NCBI RefSeq assembly: GCF_947568905.1
Contig: NC_079171.1
Span: forward strand, 59,272,001-59,336,000
Origin: Ostrea edulis
Lineage: Eukaryota
DNA length: 64,000 nucleotides
Reading direction: 5' to 3'
The translations under genes and the position numbers were made by a program. The notes beneath the pieces are model-generated. The model did not search any database, was not told where the DNA came from, and saw only the letters and a list, made by a program, of their open reading frames with translations. Shown here in pieces: positions 28,601 through 40,600 of this stretch; the stretch's first letter is position 1, and every line of letters starts with the position of its first letter.

Positions 28601-31600
28601 CATGGTTTTGAAAAATTTCATTGTTTGAAAGGGCAGTTGGAGCATAAGTACGATTACCAAAAATGGAATTAATGCCAAGTTCGTTGAAAATACAGTTGTA
28701 ATAATGAGCCTTACAAACAAAGACAATGTTGTCACTTACTTTGTCAGCTGGAACCAAAACATATTCCTCATGTAACCTATCTAATTCTTTTATCACTTCT
28801 GGTTTACTATGCACAGAAGGATAGATGGTACGTACTTGTGTTTTCATGTCTCGAATGCGGGATTTTAATATTCCTCTTATGCTTTTAACCCATTCTGACA
28901 ATGTATCAAGTTCTTTTTCATATTTAGCCCATCGTCTGGCATAATCTTCAACAGAATTCATAATAGAGATGAAGTTCTGTCGCCAATTAAAAGAACGATG
29001 TTCTCTGTATTTAGGACCTTTTCGAATAAGCGATTTGAGTTCCTCATTTTTAACTATATAAACATCACCAATATATATATATATATATATGTTCTTATCA
29101 ACTGGCTAATGCGATGTCTAGATGAAGCCCCGCCCGAGAATATGTTCCAGTATTGGTGAAGAGAAGTTTTTTAAATCATTTTATCTGTTGTCATACACAT
29201 GTGTAAAGATGTGTAGATTTTATTTGAGTGTCTTAATGACACTCGGATTGATTATTCAAAAATAGTGAAACAAACGCGAGTTTACTCAATGGTTTTGATA
29301 GAGCAATGGATAAATAAAGCTGAATAATTAATATTCCATAACGATACAATTTATGATTTTTTTCCTTTATTAATTTCCTTTTATTCCAACGTTTCCATAC
29401 GTCATTAAACTATTCTTTGTTGAAACTAACCCTGGGATCAAACAAATAATTCTGCAAAAATCACAGCATGCAAGGCAAGCTTACCATTTCGTGCAGACTG
29501 TTCACCAGCGTGCAAGCCATGCCTATACAGTGGTCTGCTTTTCGTGCAAAGCGTTTCGTGCAAACTGTTCACCGTTCCGTGCAGACCGTTTAGCATTTCG
29601 TACAAATCGTTCACCGTTCCGTGCAAATCGTTCAGCGTTTCGTGCAAACCGTTCACCGTTCCGTGCAAGAATCGTTTCGTATCGTTCCGTGCAGGTGGTG
29701 TAATTGTACGATTCAGGGTCTGTACTTGATCGCTACATGTATGTATATTATTATCGTAAATTACAAATTCGTTTCTAAATAAAACTATAACAACATCAAC
29801 ATACAACATGGTTTTCTATTACCATCACTTAAAAATCGCATTTGTTTTAATAGTTTGCTTTACATCAGGTTGAGAATGTTTCACTCATATTGAGATCGTG
29901 AGCTGCAGGTGAAGCACCGATTTTAAATTGTGCTGAGTTCGTTTCGCCATAGTAGTACACGTTCTTTAGCGTGAAAGATGAAAATAGCGAACAGTGATCA
30001 ATCTCATAATTCCTATAAAAATAAAGAGTTGGACAAACATGGACCCTTAAATACAACATAGGTGGGATCACGCGCCTAGGAGAAGTAAATATAAAGTAAA
30101 CCCTGTCGACCGGTCAACGCATGAACAGATACGTAACACCCGTTTCCTGGACCATATCGAAAAGACCTGTGATTTCCACCTCTAAATATCGAGCAATTCA
30201 CTAAGGAGCTATCACTACCCGCGTGAACGTTTATAGTGGGCTCCATGGCACGAGCGGATCTCCACATTAAGAACACTTACGAAGTAAACGCGATACACTT
30301 GACCTACCACGATTGAAGAAAATTATTTATGATTAAAAATAGCATGAATTTTTAACAAATATGTTGCTGTTCAAAATCAATGAATTGTATTGGGTGATAT
30401 GCGTATACCTCAGTTGTGCCGTTCAATTGAATCGACAAATACATGGAAACTGTCAACCTAGTATTATAATGGAGTCTATTGATATTTTCTCTCATTATTT
30501 TTATGTAAAATGAATTTTAAAAAGAAAACCAGTTTCATATCAAATTAAATAGAATGAAAGACCATTAAGTAGAATGTACCAAGTTGAGGGTAATGGGTCA
30601 CAATTACCAAAAGAGCAACATTTTCTAGACATATAAAATAAAACAGCTGCAATAAAAAATCATTGAAAATATTTCTAGCATTACCCTAATGTATCATCCA
30701 ATGTAGATATGAAAGTACAACCGCACGCAGATTATATAACATACATATACCGAACATCTTCTGCAGTGAAATATACCTTACCTATGACGCGAACTTCACA
30801 AATTTCAATGGTTGCATAAAACCTGCTGTGATTCGCACCTCTGGTCTGTAGAGGGACATTTCTGGAGTTGTATAGCGCTATGCCTTTGGTTTCTCTATTG
30901 ACGGTAACATTCATCAGTTGATTAGGACATGTCGCTGGATCATGTGAAAATACAAGTTCATCAGTCGAAGGTGGAGTGTACGACGTGTCGTTAAACACAT
31001 ACACAGAAAAACCGGTCTGCCGGGGAACAGCTGCAATGGAAAGTGAAATGTTTATTATGTAATCGAAAAACGAATTATAATAAATGTCTCCATAGTGGCT
31101 ACCAAATTCATGTTTGCCCAGCTCTTTATTTTGCATTCTATTCACCTTTCATATTATTAGGAAAAAATAATTAGTTCATATACGTGATGATACAGTTACA
31201 TGTTTATGTAAATGTTGAGTACTATTACATATACATGTACAAAATCAATACCAACATCATAATTCCCGAAACAAGCAGCGACAGAACACGATGAACGAAC
31301 TATGCAACATGATACACGATAGACGACACGCGAGCTAAACGATAAACCGGTCACACACAAAAATAAAACATTTTGATTGTGTAACTTCATTGTTTCAAAC
31401 GACTTCGACATTGTTGCTCTGACGGAAACATGGCTTGGATCCTTAGTAGATAAAGCATGCATGAATGAGCTTGTTCCATCTGGCTACAAGATTAAGCAGG
31501 TTCCTCGATCTGGAGGTAACCGTGACGGGTGAGTTGGAATCATCTGCAAGTTAGGCAGCGATCTGCACGTAACTGCAACCAGTAGAGACAACCGTTTTTC

Positions 31601-34600
31601 TACCTATGATTTGCTAGATTGCATTGGAATTATAAATAGTTATTCATTACGTATAACGGTTGTGTTTAAACCAACACCTACGCAAAGAAATTGGATTAAC
31701 CACTGGTGCATTCCTGGATCAAGAATGACCGAAGTTTTTAGCAGATTAAACTGCAACAGATAGGAGCATCATAATAATTGGAGACTTGAACCTGCATCTT
31801 AACATTCCAACACATAGAGACACAATGGGGTTCAATAGTCTCCTACAGTCTTGCGGCATGTAGCAACATGTGAATGAACCAGCGCATGTTAGTGGTCATA
31901 CACTGGATATCGTCATAACCAGAGATACTGATAAGATTATCTCCATGGTGGATGTGATCGATCCTGGTTTATCAGACGGTTCTGGCAATGTCTTGCGTGA
32001 TCATTTCGCAGTAATCTTCAACGCATGTGTCTCCAAGCCTGCTCTTTTGAGGAAAACAGTGACTTACAGAAAACTCAGATCCATCAATGTGGCATCTTTC
32101 CGGAAGGATATTGAAGTGTCAAAAGATCTGCAGGACTCTCTGAAATATGTGTACATTGATGAGCTAGTTGCTGCACACAACAATGAACTTCCATTGCTTG
32201 TTGAAAAGCATGTCCCGTCACGTACAAAAACAATTATAATTATACCTACCTGTCCCTGGAACCCTAAATAACTCCATGAGGCAAAACATCCGAGGCGTAA
32301 ATTGGAACGCAAATGGCACAGGATAAGACTCACAATCATTCATGACATGTATAAAAATCAGTGTGGTAATGTGAAAAAAATACTCAGACAGGATAGACTG
32401 AATTACTACACAGAAAAATCTATCATCAGGTCAGTAAGACCCAAAGACTCAATTTAAACTGACAACGTATTTGTTGGAAGGTTACAGTGGAGCTGTACTC
32501 ACAGCTGGCAAAGCATCGTGTGAGCTTATCCAAGACCTCAGCGACTTTTTCATCAATAAAATAGAGGTTTCAGCCTAAAAAATATACGGACAATCTCGAG
32601 GCAGAAGTAGACATAACCTGGAGGAGTTCACTTATGTTACAGAGGAGGAGGTAAAGAGAATAATGAAGCATTCACCTAATAAATCGTACGAGCTACACCC
32701 AATACGAACATGGCTTTTTAAATCTTGTTTGCAAGAACTTTTACCAATTCTGACAACATTATAAACCTATCGCTTAAATTTGCAAGTCTGCCAGCAGCAT
32801 TCAAAGAAGCACATATAAGGGGAAAAAAGGCAAATATTGAATCATATACTCCTAAGAACTATAGACCTATGTCGAATTTGCCTTTTGTTTCGAAGGTTCT
32901 GAAAAAGATAATGAACTCCCGTCTTGAAGACCATTTGACAAAAACAACTTTCATGAAGACCACCAGTCAGCATATAGGCAGTTCCATTTCATGGAATCTG
33001 CACTACCGAAGGTACAGACTGATATACTACAATCTTTAGACCAAAATGATGTCACAATACTTCTGATGCTGGATATTTCAACTGCATTTGACACTATCGA
33101 ACACACTACACTGTAGCACCGACTTGAACATCTGTTCGGAATAACAGGCAAATCACTAGGCTGGGTATCATCTTACGTCAGTGACCATCAACAAACGGTC
33201 TGCCTAGATGGTGCCAAGTCAAGGCCAGTAAACATGAATTTCAGTGTGCCGCATGTATCAGTGCTGTGTCCCAAATTATATACAATGTACAAGAAACGAA
33301 CTGGTTTCATCTGTAGATATCATGGACTTAATCACCTTTTTACGCCGATGACTCTCAGCTTATCTGTCTTTTAACCCTAGGGGCATAGTTACACAGGCAG
33401 AGTTATTACATCGTAAATGAACATTGCCTATACGACATCGTGTTTTGGACGCATGGCAATATGTTAAAACTCAACACGGATAAAACCGAGGGCATTGTGT
33501 TTGCATCTTGTCGTAATGCAAATCTCATTAGAAACATGTCAGTGACAGTAGGTGACTCACAAATTAATCCTTCAACCTGCGTTCGAAATATTGATGTCAT
33601 GTTTGACTCCAAGATGGACACGGAGAAACAAGTGTACTCTGTCAGAAAATCTTGTCATGTACAGTTGCGGCAGATAGGCCACATCAGAAAATATTTAACA
33701 ACAGAAGCAATTGAATATATTGTGAACTCCCGAGTTACATCACGGTTAGATTACTGTAATAGACTACTTTTTAGTTTTCGAGTACCATTTTGTGATGTTT
33801 TATAAAAATAAATTCTGTGTTTTAATGTATTATAACTGAGACATTATATGCTGTGTGTGCGTGTGTGCATTTCATTATTATTATTAATTCAATGCACCCT
33901 GAAGCTGATGTTTATTCTTATCTAGCATATTTGTGGTATCTTGTGTTTCCGTGTTTTATATGTAGATTCAGGATAGGTACAACTACGGACTGTTTACATG
34001 TGATAATGCCTTTTATATAATTGGTTTTTAATGCTTTATTTAGTTTCTATTTATTATGTGCATACCATTCTGTTGTAAGACATATATGTATTGTAAAGCA
34101 CCTTTGAGCATACATAGTGTATACAAATTGTGCTATATAAATATGGTATTAGTATTGTTGTTATTTAAACACGACGAACGCAAAGCCACAAAAGAAGTGA
34201 TCAAAACAAAACACGATAAACAATCACTACCATCAGGAGAAACTCGGAAATTGATTAAATTTTGAAGCAATTTACCCATAACTAAATAGCTGCGATAAGG
34301 ATTTCACATAACAATGCTTTAAACCTATTGATATTAAAGTTGACTTTGGGTTATACATAATACCTATATCTAAAAAGGAAAACCCTGATTTGAAGGTGAT
34401 AGTCACATAAAGACACACAATATATTTATGTAATTGCTATATTTTGCAATACATTGTAAACGGTTCCTTTTTTTTTTCTTCCGTCAAAAATGAGAAATCC
34501 AGTCTGTTTTTAGATGTTATTTTCCCTTGACTAAAATGTCGCATTTTCATTGATTTAACTCTGTCACATGACTGAAGTCTATATAACTGTCCTTCCGTTA

Positions 34601-37600
34601 ATAGTCGGGGAAATCATAACCAAATTATTTACCTTTTACATCAGCCTGATACCTGATGAAAATCTTCTCAAAGGTAAGCTAGTAGCGGTTCTTTGTGTGA
34701 CGTCAGATTTGTTATGTCTGCTCGAAGCAATGACTCGCTCGAAGAAAAAAAAATGAATAGCAAGAAACAATTTAAAGTGAACATTGATGCAGCGAAGATG
34801 TTTTCCAAAAAATAGGAATGCAAATTTTGAAGGAATATAGACTCTGTGAAATGTTGGCACCCTGTGTCTTTTATAAATACAGATTGACGTCAAGGGGAAC
34901 CGAGACAACAAAATGTGCTGGTGCCAATCAATTCGCTCGGAAAAATTCGTCTTGCATTAACATATATTTAAAGCCACGTCCTTTCAACAGAACATTGATA
35001 TCGGGAAAGAGTTGATTGGTTGATTCTATATTGTTAAACATCCAACTCGAGAATATTCCACTCATGTAGAGGCGTAAACATTACCGGTGAGGGGCTATAA
35101 AATTTAGGCCTATGTTCGACGTTTACGACCTTTGAGCAGGGAGGGATCTTTAACATGCCACACCTGCTGCGACACGGGACCTCGGTTTTTACAGTCCCCT
35201 CCGACGGATCGCCCCATTTAGTCGTCTCGAGCTAACGAAAAGGCAACATAATTCAGGTGTCCCCGGTATTTTGTGCTAGGCTGTTTTTGGCATCCAACAT
35301 GATATTTGCCGTTAGTTGTGAATGAAAAATTCAACTTTATGACAAACGGATGTTTTCAACTTCTCCATCGTCAACTTTCCATATTTATGTAACAATATTC
35401 CATTATCACCTGCATATGGAGTTTATATCACTCAACTGACTCGAAAGGGCCTATGTGACCGAACGGTTATAGCATCACACTCAAGCTCACACGCCCTCTC
35501 GCCTCTGCTCGGCGCGGGCTCATATCCCGATCGCGCCGGTAATGCTTTCGGAAGATCGGTTGTCTCTTCAAAGGTACAATGCATCTGAGTTCTCTCTTCC
35601 ACCAATAAAAGCTGGGCACTACCAGATGACTTAAAAAAATGTTGAACGTGGCGGAAAACAGCGAAAAAATAAAAAAAACCAAGAAGAAACCTCACAAAAA
35701 CAATCAACTGAATCGATTCACACGAGCTTGTTCTGCGTATGATCAGTTTGTGGGCAAGATACGGACATGCAAGTTGATGGTAATGGGGTTTTAACAATCT
35801 CGTTTAAAGTAACCATTTCGCGAATTATATGGTTGTTATTATTGTGCCCATTCCGGAAACATTCGTTCCGTTTTAGCCCGGTTATGTCTCTACATGTATT
35901 TTGTCATCAGCCTTTTTTTTTTACGTTTTAGTTTCATCGTTCATACTCATGATACTCATCATTTTTTTAAATGGCCATTTTCTCGTGTCACCACCTTGTG
36001 AATTCATATATATGTAATAATATGTTTGTGTATCATAATATTTGATTCGTGTCTCAGTGTTTTCAAATGTTTTCCTTCTTGATTTGATCATTTATGTCAT
36101 TGTTTACATTTTTCATATTTCAGTCCTAACTATCAATGTTCCATCTACATCGACTATTGTGTTTTTTTTTATTTCCTGGACTATTGTGGTTAAACTAGCT
36201 GCATAGTAAGAAATGGTGAATTACGGAAACGAATGGCAGAACTTACCCGTGAGTGGATTCTCCAATCATCAACATAGCTGAACTGAAGGAACCCAGTAGG
36301 CAAAATGAACACTCGATCAATTCACCATAAATATTTCTTTTATATATGAAAAAAAATACATTATTAGCTATACCTTGCAAGACATTTAGAAATTATCATG
36401 TCTCATCATCAAATGGTAAGAGAGTCAAGACAAAGGTAACTTACATAAAAAGGTGAATAGCATTTGAATCATTATCTAACCAGTACTATAAAATGTACGG
36501 AGCTTCGAATGTGAAATTACAGAAACTTATAGCTCAACTAGTCGACATTCCTAAAGATGATGAACATTTGGTGTATAATTTTGGGAGAGACCTGTTTGTG
36601 TTATTTGTAAGCTATAAGGAAAAACTTGGGAACTTGTGTAAATTATTGTCACATTACAATATACCACAGAGTGTCAGTTTACAAAGATACATTGATAAGG
36701 AAGCTAAGGAAGTACAAGCCAAAGTAAACCAGTGTTATAAGAATGTGAAACATCTCATACCAGCAAAGGTAGTGTCAGATACTCATGAAGGAGATCCAAA
36801 TAAAATGAGACTGTATCTCGTGCACCAACTCAACCAAATTCAGTAAGAGGTTTGCGTAGTTCATCCGTCGGTTCATCGTTCAGATATGTCCAAGCCCAAA
36901 AGTGACCGAAGGCCGAAGCAGCTAAAGCAACATTGGCGTTCAGTGAAAAAGAAAAGGAACTTCGTGAACATAAGTTCTTCTTATTGAACAGAACCAAGTG
37001 TACAGTATTAAAACATAAAAACATAAATAATTTATTTACTGAAATGTTTGGAAGATTAAAAAAAGCAACATCTGCTATTACTGAGGCAGACATTCTTGAT
37101 GTTGCTGTCCAACATTTAGGAAATTCTTCATTAACTCGACATTAACTTTGCGGAACATAAAATCAATCAGCCCTAAGGACCGTGTGGATTATTATGTGTC
37201 TGAACAAAATGAACTAAATACAGCCATGCTGGCTTATGCTCCACTTCCAAAGTTGGGGATAAAAAAGAATTTTGGATTCCGCCAATCAGGTTTAATAATG
37301 GATATTCTGCAACGAGAACACCAGTTCCATCTGCAAGAAAACCAAAGATAGTGAAACAGGATGATTCATTGGATTTGAGTTTTGGAATCGGACGAAAAAC
37401 AAGCTCACGTTGATTTTCGACAAAAAACAAATCCTATACCTTCTATTGTTCATCCTCATGAAAATTCTACTGTTGCAGAATTGGGACAATTCTTATTGAA
37501 AAAGAAACTATCCATTTCAAGACTGACACAGCTTAATGAAAAACCAGAAACTTACGAATCATGGAAAGTCAGTTTTAAAAGACTGGTTACTGAACTACGC

Positions 37601-40600
37601 ATGAGTGAAATAGACGAGCTTGACATGCTTTTTAAGTGGCTTGGCCCAATATCTACAAAGTACGCTGAGAGTACTAAAAACTCAAACATGACTGATCATG
37701 CAAGAGGAGTTAGGTTACTTTTGGAACGATTAGATCAGTGTTATAGTACCCCAGAGGAAATTGAGGCATACCTCCTACAAAGACTGAATTAGTTCAAACC
37801 AATTACTTGGGACGAACCAAGACGATATTATGATCTTGTTGACTTGCTGTCCGAGATAGAATCTCTTCAAAACAATGAATGTTATAGAACTCAACTTTCC
37901 GTGTTTAACACATCATCCGGAGTCACTCCAGTCGCTCGAAGATTTTTGCCCCGTGCTATTTATGATAAATGTATGTCAAGAGCTACCAATTACAAATCAG
38001 AACACAATGTGATTTTCCCACCCTTTTCTAAATATGTAACATCCATCACATATACCTGTGTGATGCCCAATAATCCAAGATTTTCACATGAATCAAGCAA
38101 AAATACTTCAAACACAAACTCAGGGAAACAGAAACAAAGTAAGCCAAAGCTCAATGTTAAAAAAGACATCTGTTGTGAATGTAGATCAGAAAACATTAGA
38201 TGCATATCCAGTTCATCTAGCGAATCATTCTCTGAATGAATGCCAGACATTTAGAAACAAACCAATACATGTGCGTCACAAGTTTCTGAAAGAAAACAAT
38301 ATTTGCTTCCAATACTGTAAATACAAGGACCATTATAAACAGAACTGTTCATTAAAGACAGAATGTAGTGAATACAAGAGCAAAGATTATCCCAAAGCGT
38401 TACACATTCAGTTCAAACCAACAGATAGTGATGCGAAACTAGAACACTCTAACACAAAATTAAGTGTTCAGGTCGGGGAGAGAACATCGAAGGATCACAA
38501 AGTGACTGTAGATTCAAAGTGCACCGCAATTTGTGGACAGAATGTCCAAGTGAAGTCCTGTGCAAATATTGCATTCGTGCAAGTGTACCACAAAGACAAT
38601 CACAAAAATCAATACTGACTTAGGCAATTTTAGATGAACAAAGTAACCAATCACTTGCTAAGACAGAGTTATTCTCACTACTCGATATTGTCAGCGCAGA
38701 GATAGAATACTCAGTCACAACATTCGTCGGCTCGTTAGAATATTCTGGTAGAATAGCTGACAATTATGTAGTAGAGTCTTACGATGGCACAGAGGAGCTT
38801 GCTTTACCGACTTTGATTGAATGTGAAAACATCCCAACAAATAGAGACGAGATACCGACGCCTGATGTGACCGTGTCATATACGCATATTAAAGATATTG
38901 AACCCTACATACCTCCCCTTCATGATGTGAAAACCCTTCTTCTGATTGGATGGGACTTAAATGCAGCATATCGTGTTCAGGACCAGAGACTAGGTGACAA
39001 ATCTCAGAATTTACCTGTTGCTCGGAAACTTAGTCTGGGATGGATAATTGTTGGAAAATTATGTCTTGACAAAGTCCATAGACCCAACATTACTGTGCAA
39101 AAGATTCATCTCCATATGTTACCAAATGGAAGAGGTACGGTATTTCCTGTTTGTGAGAATGACATAAAAATCCAAATTGAAAAGAAAGAAATCAGTGCAA
39201 ATGTATTTGTTAAAACGCCGAACGACAACAAAGTTGGAATGTCAATCGAGGAGAAGGAATTCCTCATTATTATGGACAAGAGTTTCAGTAAAACTGAATC
39301 TGGCAACTGGCAATCATTATTGCCATTCTGTCAAGACCGTACAGTCTTGCCTAATATCCGTTCTTATACACTTCGGCGTGCATTGAACCTTCACATAAGT
39401 CTTGTGAAAGATGAAGAGAAGCTTCGGCACATGATTTTGTTTGTTAGAAAGATGCTTGATCAAGGTCATGCGGGAGTCGCATCCCCCTCTATTGCAAGAT
39501 AAGGAATCGTGGTATATCCCGTTAGTTGGTGTCTACAATCCCCACAAACCTGGAAAAATTCGAGTCGTATTTGACTCCTCGGCTTATTATCAAGGTGTAT
39601 CCTTGAACAGTATACTACTGAAAGGACCAGACCTCAACAACAGTTTCTTGGATGTTCTGTTGCGTTTCCGCATGGATGCGGTTGCGGTCATGACAGACAT
39701 TGAACACATGTTCAATAGCTTTGTTTTCAAAGAAGAGCATAGCAATTTCCTTCGCTTCTTTTGGTATGAGGATAACGACTCACAAAAACAGTTGATTGAA
39801 TATCGAATGACAGTTCACTTGTTTGGTAACTCACCATCTCCAGCAGTGGCTTGCTTTTTTTTTTAAAGAAAACTGCCTATGAGAGTGAGTTAAAGTATGG
39901 ATCAGATGTCAAGACATTTATCAATTATCATTTCTATGTCGACGATGGTCTTATTTCTTTACCATCCTCAGATGAAATCATCGACTTAGTTAGCAAAACA
40001 AAGGGGGCATTAAAAAAGAGGGAAATCTAAATCTCCACAAGTTTTCATCAAACAGTGTTGATATCATGCGTGTTTTTTCGTCTGAGCAACTTGCAAAGGG
40101 ATTAAAAGGCTTGAACTTTTATAATGATTACTTTTCAGCCCAGCACAGCTTAGAGATCACCTCGAAACTCCAGTCAGATAATTTAGGGTTTCGTCTAGCT
40201 GAAACTGACAAACCATTTACCAGAAGAGAAGTACTCTCAGTCACCAATAGTTTATTTAACCCGCTAGGCCTCGCAGCTCCAGTCATTCTTGCCGGGAAAC
40301 TCTTTCTGCGTAAAGTGATACAAGGAAAAGTCAGCTGGGATGAACCCATTCCTGCTGAACTTAAATCTCAATGGATCACATGGACATACTCATTACATCA
40401 TCTCCAGAAAATTAACACTCCAAGATGCTACACTGATGGAACTTCACCATTTTTTTTGGTTCTACGATAAAATGACCTTATATTTTTTTGTGATTGCCTC
40501 AGAGGACGCCATAGCTGCTGTCGCATGCATACAGTGTAATTCATTCAACAATGAAATGACCACAATATATGTCATGGGAAAGGGAAAGATACCTCCATAT

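Larger units (their letters stand above)
26216..29722. mobile_element. Putative TA-flanked non-autonomous TIR element with 21-bp subterminal arrays, carrying the nested Penelope-like element
   Basis: ta|CAGACCCTG ... CAGGGTCTG|ta, with related 21-bp arrays near both ends. Confidence 0.5.

Noticed and set aside
26258-29692. 21-bp arrays as a CRISPR array or a repetitive protein (VPCKPFT)n
   Set aside because: Units are contiguous with no unique spacers, the context is eukaryotic intron, and there are no cas genes. The ORFs are by-products of the repeat.
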